From an uncultured Chloroflexia bacterium (GTDB taxonomy: Bacteria > Chloroflexota > Limnocylindria > Limnocylindrales > CSP1-4): a stretch of 64,000 nt of DNA. The notes beneath the pieces are model-generated. The model ran no database searches. It had not been told where the DNA came from and was given only the letters and a program-made list of their open reading frames with translations. The first letter of the stretch is position 1. Each line of letters begins with the position of its first letter. The translations under genes were made by a program, and so were the position numbers. The DNA is taken from the NCBI GenBank assembly GCA_963713975.1, contig OY970218.1, positions 352,001-416,000 of the forward strand. The letters run 5' to 3'. Shown piece by piece: positions 37,337 through 47,043 of this stretch.

Positions 37337-38701
37337 TTGGGACGGACGGCGGGGATCCAGGCTCACCCGACGTTGGCTGAGGCGCCTGCGGGGCCGAACT
37401 CGCTCGGCCGTGACATCGGCCTGCTGGCCGGTGTGCGCCTTGCATCCGTTGGTGCGGGGTTCCTCACCAGCGTGCTCGTGGCAAGGACGCTTGGCCCGCC
37501 GGCACTCGGCGCGGCAGCCGTCGGCCTGACCATCGGGACGATCGCGGCGCTGCTCGCGAACGGCGGTCTCAACATCTCGAGCATCTACTACCTCGGCCGC
37601 CGCCCGGCCGAGCGTGGCCCCATCACCAACCGCTCCTTCAGCCTCGGCCTGGTTGCCACGGCACTGGCGGCTCTCATCGTCGTCATCGCGGGACGGGTGC
37701 TGTCCCCCGCGACCTTCGACGGCGGGGCCGCGGATCTCGCGATCGCGGCAGCCTTCCTGGCGGCCAGCATCGTGGCGTTCGAGCTTGCGGGCTCCCTGTT
37801 GCTGGGCCACGACCGCCGGACGGCGTATCTCGCGACGCAGGCGATCGAGGGGATGGGCTCGCTGTTCCTGATCGGGCTCCTGTTCGCCCTCGGAGCCACG
37901 ACGTCCGCGGGATACGTTGCGGGCGCCGCGCTCGCAGCCATGATTGCCGCGGTCTTCGCGACCGGCGTCGTCGCACGAGCGATCGGAGGCCTCAGGCTCT
38001 CGTTCGACGCGGGCTTCACCCGCGAAGCGCTCTCGCTGGGGCTGCGCGGGCAGGTCGGGAACATCCTGCAGATGTTGAACCTTCGCCTGGACCTGCTCCT
38101 GGTGCCCCTCTTCGTTGACCTGAGGGCGGCGGGCATTTACCTGATCGCCGTCCGGATGTCGGAGGTCATCGCCCAGATCGCAAGCTCCGGGGCTGCCTAC
38201 CTGTTTCCCGCGGTCTCGAGACTCGACCTCAAGCAGACCGACCTGACCGAGCGCACCGTGCGGCTCACGCTCATCGTGGTCGTCGGCATCGGACTGGTGA
38301 TCGGAGTGTTCGCACCGCTCCTCCTGGGGGTCTTCTTTGGCCCCGCCTACATCGAGGGCACGGGTGCCCTTCGGATCACCATCATCGCCATGGTCCCGCT
38401 CTCCCTCCAGCGCCTGATGGGCAGCGACATGAAGGGTCGCGGGCACGCTGGCCTCGTCTCCATCTCGGCCGGCGCCGCCTTGATCGCCACGGTCGCCCTC
38501 GACGTGCTGCTGATCCCCGCGCTCGGCATCGAGGGGGCCTCGCTCGCCTCGTTGATCGCGTATTCCACCGGCGCGGCGGTGCTGCTGATCGCGTACCGTC
38601 GGGTCACCGGGTCATCACTGCTTGCGCTCGTACCGCGCGTGGAAGATGCGAGACAGCTCGCGGCGGCCTCGCTCCAGCTGCTCCGTGGGCAGGCCCGCTG
38701 A
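37337..38701 (+). CDS. Polysaccharide flippase (Wzx/MOP family)
   Basis: About 12 TM; VARTLGP, LRLDLLLV, LIPALGIEGASLAS; 5' end uncertain. Confidence 0.85.
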   Translation: MGRTAGIQAHPTLAEAPAGPNSLGRDIGLLAGVRLASVGAGFLTSVLVARTLGPPALGAAAVGLTIGTIAALLANGGLNISSIYYLGRRPAERGPITNRSFSLGLVATALAALIVVIAGRVLSPATFDGGAADLAIAAAFLAASIVAFELAGSLLLGHDRRTAYLATQAIEGMGSLFLIGLLFALGATTSAGYVAGAALAAMIAAVFATGVVARAIGGLRLSFDAGFTREALSLGLRGQVGNILQMLNLRLDLLLVPLFVDLRAAGIYLIAVRMSEVIAQIASSGAAYLFPAVSRLDLKQTDLTERTVRLTLIVVVGIGLVIGVFAPLLLGVFFGPAYIEGTGALRITIIAMVPLSLQRLMGSDMKGRGHAGLVSISAGAALIATVALDVLLIPALGIEGASLASLIAYSTGAAVLLIAYRRVTGSSLLALVPRVEDARQLAAASLQLLRGQAR

Positions 38702-38726
38702 TCCCGGGGCGGGAGGCCCCGCCATC

Positions 38727-39962
38727 TCAGTGCGCGGCCGCTCCGCTGAGCTCGCGATGTGCGTCGAAGTACGGACGCAGCGTCTCGCGGGGCGTGAACG
38801 GTGCGACGGCGACGCGTGCGGCAGCGGCCAGTCGCTCCCTCGGAGCCTCGAGGACCCAGACGGCGGCCGCCGCGACCGCTCCAGGCGAATGGTCCCGGAC
38901 GAGGCGGCCGTTCACCATGTCCTTGACCACGAGGGGCACTTCGCCGACCGCCGTTGCGACGACTGGAAGCCCGCAGGCGAGCGCCTCGAGCACCGAGATC
39001 GGCATACCCTCGAACCTCGAAGGGAGCATGAGAGCGTCAGCGCCGTTCATGAGGCGTGGCATCTCGGCCCGGCTCCGATACCCGGACCAGAGGATGGCGT
39101 CACCGACACCGAGCTCCCGCGCGAGATCCTGCGCCGCGGGCCGCAGGCCCCCCTCCCCGACGATCACGAGGCGGGCGTCCGCGACCTTCCGGCGGATTGC
39201 GGCGAATGCTTCGATCAGCAGCAACGGGTTCTTCTGTTCCTCGATTCTGCCGACGAACAGCAGGACCGCACCGGGCGCGCCGGGGTCCCCACCAGCCTGG
39301 CCGACGAGCTCCGCTCGAGCGGCGCTGCGCTCCTCCGCCGGAAGCGGCCGGAAGTGCTCCTGATCGACCGACGTGGGAAGGAATGCGCAACGATCCGCCA
39401 CGTGCGGGTGCCGGCTGCGGTAGAAGTCCAGGCCCGCGCGATTGACGACGAAGATCCGGTTCATCCTGGGCAGCGTCACGTCCTCGAGCCGGTGCAGGGC
39501 TCCCGGGAGTCGCCGCCACCGGCTCTCGCCAGCGTCGCCGTCGATGTCGGCGACGTTGAGATGGACCGTCAGGATCTTCGGAGCATCGATCGCGAGGAAG
39601 GCGATCGGGGGGCCCGGGTGGTGGAACTGGAGCACCCGCCCACGGAAGCGGTGCGCCTGGCGCCTCGCCATCGCCGCGACCGTGAACTGGAACGAGAGGG
39701 GGACCAGCGGGCGGCGATGGACATCGGGCGTGGCCAGCACGGGGAGGAAACCCAGCGGGCGTCCGTCCAGGTGGTGCTGCTGCCACCGCCCCACCGGGCG
39801 TCCGATCGGGTCTGCCGTGCACCCGATGACCTGGGGCTCGAAGTCGTCGGGAGCGAACCGCACGAAATCCGCGATGAACGTCTTGATCCCGCCGATCTTG
39901 TCGCCGAAGGGATCGATCGGCACGATGATCAGCGGACGCACGGGCTGACGGGCGCGACTCAT
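38727..39962 (-). CDS. Glycosyltransferase family 4
   Basis: FVGRIEEQKN, PSRFEGMPISVLEALACGLPVV; ATGA overlap with the upstream gene. Confidence 0.92.
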   Translation of the reverse strand: MSRARQPVRPLIIVPIDPFGDKIGGIKTFIADFVRFAPDDFEPQVIGCTADPIGRPVGRWQQHHLDGRPLGFLPVLATPDVHRRPLVPLSFQFTVAAMARRQAHRFRGRVLQFHHPGPPIAFLAIDAPKILTVHLNVADIDGDAGESRWRRLPGALHRLEDVTLPRMNRIFVVNRAGLDFYRSRHPHVADRCAFLPTSVDQEHFRPLPAEERSAARAELVGQAGGDPGAPGAVLLFVGRIEEQKNPLLLIEAFAAIRRKVADARLVIVGEGGLRPAAQDLARELGVGDAILWSGYRSRAEMPRLMNGADALMLPSRFEGMPISVLEALACGLPVVATAVGEVPLVVKDMVNGRLVRDHSPGAVAAAAVWVLEAPRERLAAAARVAVAPFTPRETLRPYFDAHRELSGAAAH

Positions 39963-41467
39963 TGGCCACCACGTTGGCTGGGCTCCCGGTCCCGGGCACC
40001 CACCCAGCTGAGGGTACCGGCGATCGCCAGCATCACCAGATACGCCTGGGACGGCGAGCCAAGGATCGCACTTGCCACCGACTCCACGAGCGTCTGGGCG
40101 AACAGCATGAGGGTCCCGAGCACGACGGCGGTCATGGCCGGCGGCAGGTCCCGAACCCGACGCAACCGAAGCAGCTCCACCCCCATCCATCCGATGACGA
40201 CCGCGTAGGCAAAGAACCCGATCACGCCCGTCTCGCCCAGGATCTGTGGCCAGAACGTGTCGTTGATGAACTGCGGGCTCTCCGGGCTCAGGCCGAAGAT
40301 CCGGTCCATCCCGTACTCGCGGTACACGTCGCTGTACTCCACGCGGCTCATCCAGCTGCCATACCTGCCAAGGCCGGCGCCGAGAGGGAAGTTGTCGATC
40401 GCGATCATCACCGAGCCCTCATAGAGGGCGATGCGAGCCGGAGTGTCCGCGTGGATCTCCCCCTGCGGAGCGCCGTTGCCGCTGCTGCCGCCCTGGATGA
40501 CCGGATCCGCGTACCCCTGGATCGTCATGGCGTAGAGGCCGCTGAAGACCGGCATGAACGCGACGGCGATGAGCGCAACGCCCACCCCTGTCGGCAACCA
40601 CCCGAGCAGGCGCATTGCCCGCCCGCGGCCACGCACCACCTCCGTGGCGGCACCTGTCGCCAGGCCACCGACCAGCGCCAGCATCGAGCGTCGACGTCCC
40701 GACAGGATGGTCCCGAGGGAGAACAGCATGGCGAGGGCGAGCATCCAGCGACGACGCATCACGACGTGGTGCGCCACCAGGTAGATCGCAGCGGTCGCGC
40801 ACAGCCAGCCAAACAACTGTGGGTGATAGAAGACCGAGGCGATCACCGGGACCCCGGCCCGTTCCCCATCGGCGCCGAGGCCGACCACCATCGCGCCGGC
40901 GAGCTGGAGTGCGCCGACAGCGAGGATCCCGCTCGCGAGCACCAGCCAGGACGTGAGCAGCCAGCGAACGTCCGCGTCGGTGACCTCGTGCAGGAGGACC
41001 ACGTAGAACACGGCCAGCGCCTTGAGCAGCAGCGACATGCCGGGCACCCATACCTCCGGGCGCACGCCGCTGATCATGGACGATGCCAGGGCGGCGCCGA
41101 TGAGCACGAGCAGCGCGACATCCCGAACGGGCCGGACCTGGCTGCGCAGTCGATGGCGACAGGTGAAGACCGTGATCAGGACCATGGCGGGGATGAACAG
41201 CTCGTCGAGAAGCTTGATCCGGCCCCCGGCCACCGGCACCAGGGAGTCGATCACGAGCATGTACGCTGCGAACATGCCGATCGCCCGGACCGGGGTGAGG
41301 AGGAAGGCGACCACCAGGACGAGCAGGGCAATCGCAACGGCCGCCCACTCGCCGCCGGCAGGGGCCAGCCTCGCCGCAAACACCGGCAGGATCAGCAGCA
41401 GCGCGCCGAGGATTCCGAGCGTCCACCGGTTCCGGGCCATCTCTGCCACCGAGCCGGCGAGGCGCAT
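39959..41467 (-). CDS. Wzy polymerase / O-antigen ligase-like membrane protein
   Basis: Multi-TM with a large loop; RIALY..PLGAGLG, ILGETGVIG. Confidence 0.8.
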   Translation of the reverse strand: MRLAGSVAEMARNRWTLGILGALLLILPVFAARLAPAGGEWAAVAIALLVLVVAFLLTPVRAIGMFAAYMLVIDSLVPVAGGRIKLLDELFIPAMVLITVFTCRHRLRSQVRPVRDVALLVLIGAALASSMISGVRPEVWVPGMSLLLKALAVFYVVLLHEVTDADVRWLLTSWLVLASGILAVGALQLAGAMVVGLGADGERAGVPVIASVFYHPQLFGWLCATAAIYLVAHHVVMRRRWMLALAMLFSLGTILSGRRRSMLALVGGLATGAATEVVRGRGRAMRLLGWLPTGVGVALIAVAFMPVFSGLYAMTIQGYADPVIQGGSSGNGAPQGEIHADTPARIALYEGSVMIAIDNFPLGAGLGRYGSWMSRVEYSDVYREYGMDRIFGLSPESPQFINDTFWPQILGETGVIGFFAYAVVIGWMGVELLRLRRVRDLPPAMTAVVLGTLMLFAQTLVESVASAILGSPSQAYLVMLAIAGTLSWVGARDREPSQRGGQ

Positions 41468-42711
41468 CAGCTGACCGATCCCGCGAGTTCCTCGATGAAG
41501 CCCGCGAACCTGCCCTGGACGGCCGCGAAGGCCTCCTGCGTGCGGACGCGCTCCTCCGGTGCTCTCAGGCGAGTGACCAGGGCTGCGATCTGCCCCGCGG
41601 CCAGGTCCGCCGTTGGAGCGATGACCCGGTCCGCGAGCCCCAGATCGCCGAGGATCCCGAGAACCTTGGGCTCGTACGCCAGGGCGGCAGCGGGCGTTCC
41701 CACCGCCGTGGCAAAGATCGCGGCGTGCATGCGCGACGTGATCAGCACATCGAGCGACGCGAACGAAAGCACGGATTCCTCGAGCGTGGATGGGGCCGGC
41801 GCGACGTCGGTCCGGCTCCGCTCACCCACGGTGAGCCGTCCGATCAGGCGGTCAACCGCGTGGATGTCGTCGTCGAGCGTCCCCGCCCGCACGTGCGGGA
41901 TGAACCGCAATCGGTCCTCGGTCGTGTCGAGGATCGAGCGGACCGCCGCGAGCGTGGCTTCCTCGGCCTGCTCCGGCGACCCCCATGCCGCATGTTCGGC
42001 ACGATAGCTTCGTGGCGACCACCCGATGACACCACCCGAGGATGGGCCAGCCGTCGGGGGGCGGCGCTCACTGGCTGCGCGCAGCGACGGTGCCCGCAGG
42101 GCGAGATCCGGAGCGAACCGTGCATCCAGACCCAGGTCGCGCAGGCGACCGGCACTCGCCTCGTCGCGACCGAAGACGACGGCTCCGCGAAGGCCCCAGC
42201 GCAACGTACGCGCAACGTTGCGAGAGCATGGGTTGACGGACACCGGGGCAACGATGGTCGGCTTCCCGGCCATCACCCCGGCCTGGATGTTGGCCACCTT
42301 GACCAGGTTGGCCCCGGCCTTCGCCCCCCCCAGGAAACCACCGCCTACGGAGACCACGAGATCGGCGTCGTGGTAGCTGGCCGTCGCCCGGTCGGCAGGC
42401 CATCCGACCCGGGCGCGAACGAGGCGGCCCATGACCCACGCCAGCGTAGACGGCTTGAACCGACGCAGCGCGGGAGGCACGTCGTAAAGGCTGGCGAGCG
42501 GCGGCACGATCTCATCGGCGTCCGCCATGATCCGCCCGCTCTGGCGCGTCGGCCAATCAACGGGCGCCATCGCCACGTGCCCGAAGCCGGCGAGCCTGAG
42601 GGCGTCGATCAATCCCTCGGCGATTGCGGTATCGCCCCAGTTGCCCAGCGTGTAGGCGTTGACGACCAGGGCTCGCAGCGGTCTCACCTCGGGCGAGCCT
42701 GCGCCCCTCAT
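41467..42711 (-). CDS. Polysaccharide pyruvyl transferase family protein
   Basis: GNWGDTAI, VGGG, GRDEAS..PDLAL, SRMHAAI, YEPKV. Confidence 0.88.
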   Translation of the reverse strand: MRGAGSPEVRPLRALVVNAYTLGNWGDTAIAEGLIDALRLAGFGHVAMAPVDWPTRQSGRIMADADEIVPPLASLYDVPPALRRFKPSTLAWVMGRLVRARVGWPADRATASYHDADLVVSVGGGFLGGAKAGANLVKVANIQAGVMAGKPTIVAPVSVNPCSRNVARTLRWGLRGAVVFGRDEASAGRLRDLGLDARFAPDLALRAPSLRAASERRPPTAGPSSGGVIGWSPRSYRAEHAAWGSPEQAEEATLAAVRSILDTTEDRLRFIPHVRAGTLDDDIHAVDRLIGRLTVGERSRTDVAPAPSTLEESVLSFASLDVLITSRMHAAIFATAVGTPAAALAYEPKVLGILGDLGLADRVIAPTADLAAGQIAALVTRLRAPEERVRTQEAFAAVQGRFAGFIEELAGSVS

Positions 42712-44090
42712 CTGCCGGAGAGCATGGCGGGCACGGTCCTCACCATGATCTTGAAGTCCAGCCACAGCGACCAGCGGTCGATATAGATGAGATCGAGCTC
42801 CACCCACCGGTCGAACTCGGCCTCGAGTCGCGCGGAGACCTGCCACAGGCCGGTGATGCCGGGCTTCATCGACAGCCGCCGCCGGTGCCACAGGTCGTAG
42901 CCGGCGACCTCGCCCGGCAACGGCGGACGCGGGCCCACGATGCTCATGTCGCCACGCAGCACGTTCCAGAACTGCGGCATCTCGTCGAGACTCGTCCTCC
43001 GGAGCACGTGGCCGACGCGGGTGACGCGCGGGTCATCCGCGACCTTGAAAGCATGCCCGCTGATCTCGTTGCGGTCGGCGAGCGCCGCGAGGCGGCCCTC
43101 GGCGTCGGGCACCATGGTGCGGAACTTGACAACCGTGAATGCCCGCCCGTGCAGGCCGCTCCGCGCCTGGCGGAAGAACACCGGACCCCCGTCCTCCAGC
43201 TTGACCGCGACCGTCACGGCCGCCGCGATGGGCGCCAGCACCAGGAGGGCGAAGGATGAGAGACCGATGTCCAGCATCCGCTTGAGCAGGAGGCCGAGGA
43301 CGCGGTCCGGCCCGTTCGCGACCGTCAGGACCTGATCCCCGTGGAACGTCTCCACCCGGCCACCGGCGACCGGCACCCAACCCGACGAGAGGACGACGCG
43401 GAGGCGCTTGCCTTCCTGCGCACACAGCGACCCGATCGGGGCGAGATACGGCTCCTCGTCGGGGTCGAGAACGGCCAGGACCTCGTCGACCACCGTGGAA
43501 TGCAGGATCCGCTCGATGTCGGCGAGCGCGCCAAGCACGCTCGGGCAGGCCGCGGTCGGCTCCCCGAGATGGCCGACAAGCCCGTAGCCGAGCGAGGGGT
43601 TCAAGACGAGCCGCTGGGCTACAGTGACGGATCGCGCCGACGTTCCAAGGACCAGCAGGTTCCGGACCGCGACGCCTTGACGGTGACGCAGACCAAGCCG
43701 CAGGAGGCCCCGCTCCGTCAGGGAGAGCAGCACCTGGCTGGCGAACAGCACCAGCAGGAAGAGCCTGCTCACCTCGGGCGCATGAACCAGGAACAGAATG
43801 CTGAACACGGCGACGGCCGCCAGGAGCGCGGCTCGCACGATCGCCATGGCCTCGCCCCGCAACGTCCACCTGGCTCGGAGCTGGTCCAGGCTCAGGAGCC
43901 ACTCGCAGCAGATCCACAACAGGCCGTAGCCGATGGCCCAGGCCAACCATGGCGCGCCCGCAACAATCCACGCAGCCTGCCAGCCTGGGCCGAGTCGTAG
44001 CATCGATACGACCGCGAACAGGGCCACCGCCGCGATCCCGTCGGCCAGCAGCAGCGAGAACCGTGCCAGGCGGAGGTGGTGGCGAAGCAT
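42708..44090 (-). CDS. Polyprenyl-phosphate sugar-1-phosphate transferase (WcaJ/CpsE-like)
   Basis: KRMLDI, KFRTM, DDPRVTRVG..SLDEMPQ, KPGITGLWQV. Confidence 0.94.
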   Translation of the reverse strand: MLRHHLRLARFSLLLADGIAAVALFAVVSMLRLGPGWQAAWIVAGAPWLAWAIGYGLLWICCEWLLSLDQLRARWTLRGEAMAIVRAALLAAVAVFSILFLVHAPEVSRLFLLVLFASQVLLSLTERGLLRLGLRHRQGVAVRNLLVLGTSARSVTVAQRLVLNPSLGYGLVGHLGEPTAACPSVLGALADIERILHSTVVDEVLAVLDPDEEPYLAPIGSLCAQEGKRLRVVLSSGWVPVAGGRVETFHGDQVLTVANGPDRVLGLLLKRMLDIGLSSFALLVLAPIAAAVTVAVKLEDGGPVFFRQARSGLHGRAFTVVKFRTMVPDAEGRLAALADRNEISGHAFKVADDPRVTRVGHVLRRTSLDEMPQFWNVLRGDMSIVGPRPPLPGEVAGYDLWHRRRLSMKPGITGLWQVSARLEAEFDRWVELDLIYIDRWSLWLDFKIMVRTVPAMLSGR

Positions 44091-45454
44091 CAGCTGTCCG
44101 AGTAGCGGCTGTCGGCGCCGAAGAGCTTCTGCGACAGCTTCGCGAGCCGGTCCATGTGGAGCTGCAGCGTCCAGACGCCCCCGGTGGACGCGGTCGGTGG
44201 GTGGAACGTGATCGGATACGTGATCACCTGACGCTTGATGGCGTCAGGCCCGACCTCGCGGGCGAGCGTGATGAACTCGTCGAGCCGGTCCGTCGGGAGG
44301 TTCGTGCGCACGGTGTCGCCCGCGGCCCTGATGATGTCGGGCAACGTGGTGATCATCGTGGGTGATGCGAGCTTGTTGCGCAGGGCGACCAGCAGCTGCT
44401 GCTGGCGAGCAGCCCGGGTGAAGTCCGAATCCCCGGCACCCTGCCGCGAGCGCGCATACGCAAGCGCCTTCTTGCCGTTGAGCTTGACCTTGCCCGCCGG
44501 CAGGGTGAACCCGTGTGTCCCGTCGAGCCAGGCGTACCGCGGGTCGTTGATCGCCTTGGGGTTGTCCACGGTCACGCCGCCGACGGCGTCGACCATCTTC
44601 CGGAACCCCTCGAGGTCGATCGCGGCGAAGTAGTGGATCGGCACGCCGACGAGGAACCCGATCTCCTTCATCAGGGCGGGGAAGGGCTTGTCCTGGAACT
44701 GGTTCGGGTGGTTGCGAACCCAGGTCATGAAGGAGTTGAGCTTTCCCTTGAACGTGCCGCCGTCGTAGAGCGGGAAGTTCGAGATGTCCCTGGGCAGGCT
44801 GACCATGACGACCGACTTGTCGGCCGGGTTGACGCTCAGCACGATCATCGTGTCGGTCAGGGCGGTCGTCCGGGTCTCCGCCGAGTCAACGCCCGTGAGG
44901 AGGATGTTGACCCGGGACTGCGCCGTCTCGGGCGTCACCTCGGGCGCCACCTGGTAGTCGTCGGACTCGGTCGGGGTCGGCGCTCCCGGCTCGCTCGGGG
45001 CGCCGGTTCCGGCGGGTACCGGGGTGCCGTTGCCGTCGTCAGGTCCGGCAGCCACGAAGATCTTGCTGCCGGCGTCGTAGGTGGTGTACGCGACGTAGGC
45101 CGCGGCGCCGTGCATCCCGCCGGTGAGCAACAGCAACACCGCCGCCACGACGATCGCCGGTGCGCCGAGCCCCGAGTCCCGCCTGGCGATCAGGACCGCG
45201 TCGACCATCGCGACGATCCGCCAGCCGCCGGTCAGCAGGATCAGGACCAGGGCCGTCATGGACCCCGACGGCGTGATGAGGTTGCCGAGCGCGGCCTCGG
45301 GGCTGGACAGCAGCTCAAGGCCCACGGCCACGGCGACGAGCAGCGCGGGCAGCGCGAAGACCAGGGCCTGCCTGCGCCGGCCGAGGTAAAGGTGCCCGAG
45401 CCCCGGGAACACGAACGAAAGGATGGCGGCAATTGCCGCGGACTTGCTCTTCAT
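44090..45454 (-). CDS. LytR-CpsA-Psr (LCP) family glycopolymer transferase
   Basis: NILLTGVD, TDTMIV, SLPRD, ALAYARSR, SDFTRAARQQ; N-terminal TM region. Confidence 0.92.
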   Translation of the reverse strand: MKSKSAAIAAILSFVFPGLGHLYLGRRRQALVFALPALLVAVAVGLELLSSPEAALGNLITPSGSMTALVLILLTGGWRIVAMVDAVLIARRDSGLGAPAIVVAAVLLLLTGGMHGAAAYVAYTTYDAGSKIFVAAGPDDGNGTPVPAGTGAPSEPGAPTPTESDDYQVAPEVTPETAQSRVNILLTGVDSAETRTTALTDTMIVLSVNPADKSVVMVSLPRDISNFPLYDGGTFKGKLNSFMTWVRNHPNQFQDKPFPALMKEIGFLVGVPIHYFAAIDLEGFRKMVDAVGGVTVDNPKAINDPRYAWLDGTHGFTLPAGKVKLNGKKALAYARSRQGAGDSDFTRAARQQQLLVALRNKLASPTMITTLPDIIRAAGDTVRTNLPTDRLDEFITLAREVGPDAIKRQVITYPITFHPPTASTGGVWTLQLHMDRLAKLSQKLFGADSRYSDS

Positions 45455-45661
45455 GACCCCCACGTGGTCTTGCCGGCCGGGCCGAGCCACCCGGTCGCTG
45501 GGCGAACGGTACGGCGTCCCGGCCGCACCCAACACCCCCCAAACGTACCCATCTGCCCGCGATGCCCCGACCCGCGGTCACATGGCCCCGGCGCAGGATA
45601 CCGGCAGTCCGGCTCTCCCGCATGGAGACGCTGGAGCGTCCCACCCGTTGCGGCGGGTGGC

Positions 45662-46246
45662 TCAGCTCCCGCCGGGGGTGTCCCGGAACGCCTCGGCCTC
45701 GGGTCGCGCCAGCCATTCCGCCAAGGTGCCCGCCGCCGCGTCCCTGGGGGCCAGCCGGCGCTCCGCCACCGCCGGCCACGGGATGCCCAGGGCCGGGTCG
45801 TCCCAGCGGATCACGGACTCGCAGCGCGAGTTGTAGATCGCCGTGCAGAAGTACTCGATCTCGGTGGCGTCCGCCAGGGAGCAGAAGCCGCGTGCAAACG
45901 AGGCCGGCGCCCAGAACAGGACGGGCTCGTCCTCGGATCCCTCCACGGTCACCGTCTGACCCAGCGTCGGCGAGCCGGGCCGGATGTCCACGGCCACCAT
46001 GAACGCCCGGCCACGCACCACGCGCATCAGCTTGGCCTGGGGTGGATCCCACTGGAAGTGCAGTCCCCGGACGACGCCCGCCCCGGACCGGGACTGGTTG
46101 ACCTGGACGAAGCTGTCGGGCAGTCCGAGCGCCGCGAACGCGTCCGCCCGGAGGACCTCGGCAAACCAGCCGCGCTCGTCGCCGAACAGTCGGGGCCGGA
46201 CGACCCTGACCTCCGGGATAGGGGTCTCCTCGACGGTGAACGGCAC
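45662..46246 (-). CDS. rfbC: dTDP-4-dehydrorhamnose 3,5-epimerase
   Basis: FGDERGWF, QVNQSRS..VVRGLHFQ, DIRPGSPT, IRWDDP. Confidence 0.9.
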   Translation of the reverse strand: MPFTVEETPIPEVRVVRPRLFGDERGWFAEVLRADAFAALGLPDSFVQVNQSRSGAGVVRGLHFQWDPPQAKLMRVVRGRAFMVAVDIRPGSPTLGQTVTVEGSEDEPVLFWAPASFARGFCSLADATEIEYFCTAIYNSRCESVIRWDDPALGIPWPAVAERRLAPRDAAAGTLAEWLARPEAEAFRDTPGGS

Positions 46247-46248
46247 CG

Positions 46249-46998
46249 CTACATCATCACCAGGCCGCCATCGACCGCGAGCACCTGTCCCGTGATGTAG
46301 CCCGCCTCATCCGAGGCCAGGAAGGCGACGGCGTTGGCGATGTCATCCACGGACCCGAAGTGCCCGAGCGGCGTGGCCTTCTTGAGCTGGTCCTGCAGCT
46401 CCGCCGGCAGGTCCTGCGTCAACTCGGTGACGATGAAACCCGGCGCCACGGCGTTGACGGTGATCCCCCGGGAGGCGACCTCCCTGGCGACGGCCTTGGT
46501 CAGGCCGATCAGGCCGGCCTTGGACGACGAGTAGTTCGCCTGGCCCGCCTGACCCGCCTGACCCGAGACGCTGGACATGTTGATGATCCGCCCGCCGCGA
46601 GCCCGCAGCATCGGGCGGAGGACGGCCTTGGTGCAGTAGAAGGCCCCGAACAGGTTGACCTCGAGGACCATCTTCCACTCGTCGATGCCCATCCGCATCG
46701 CGAGGTCGTCGCGCGTGATGCCGGCGTTGTTGACCAGGATGTCGACCTTGCCGTAGGCGTCGATGGCGGCCTGCACGAACGCCGCGCACGCCGCCGGGTC
46801 GGTCACGTCGCCGGGGAAGAAGATGGCCCGCCGGCCGAGCGCCTCGATGTCGGTCCGGGTCTGGGCGCCGACCTCCGGGCTGCCGCGATCCATGAACGCG
46901 ATGTCGGCGCCCTGCGTGGCAAGCTTGAGGCCGATGGCACGGCCGATGCCGCGCGAGCCGCCGGTGACGATGGCGACCTTGCCGGTGAGATCGAGCAT
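46249..46998 (-). CDS. fabG: 3-oxoacyl-ACP reductase
   Basis: TGGSRGIG, NNAGITRD, YSSSK, VAPGFI. Confidence 0.93.
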   Translation of the reverse strand: MLDLTGKVAIVTGGSRGIGRAIGLKLATQGADIAFMDRGSPEVGAQTRTDIEALGRRAIFFPGDVTDPAACAAFVQAAIDAYGKVDILVNNAGITRDDLAMRMGIDEWKMVLEVNLFGAFYCTKAVLRPMLRARGGRIINMSSVSGQAGQAGQANYSSSKAGLIGLTKAVAREVASRGITVNAVAPGFIVTELTQDLPAELQDQLKKATPLGHFGSVDDIANAVAFLASDEAGYITGQVLAVDGGLVMM

Positions 46999-47043
46999 GT
47001 GCGGTTCCTCCTCAGGGCTCGGGCCGGGCGTGCCGCCCGGGGG

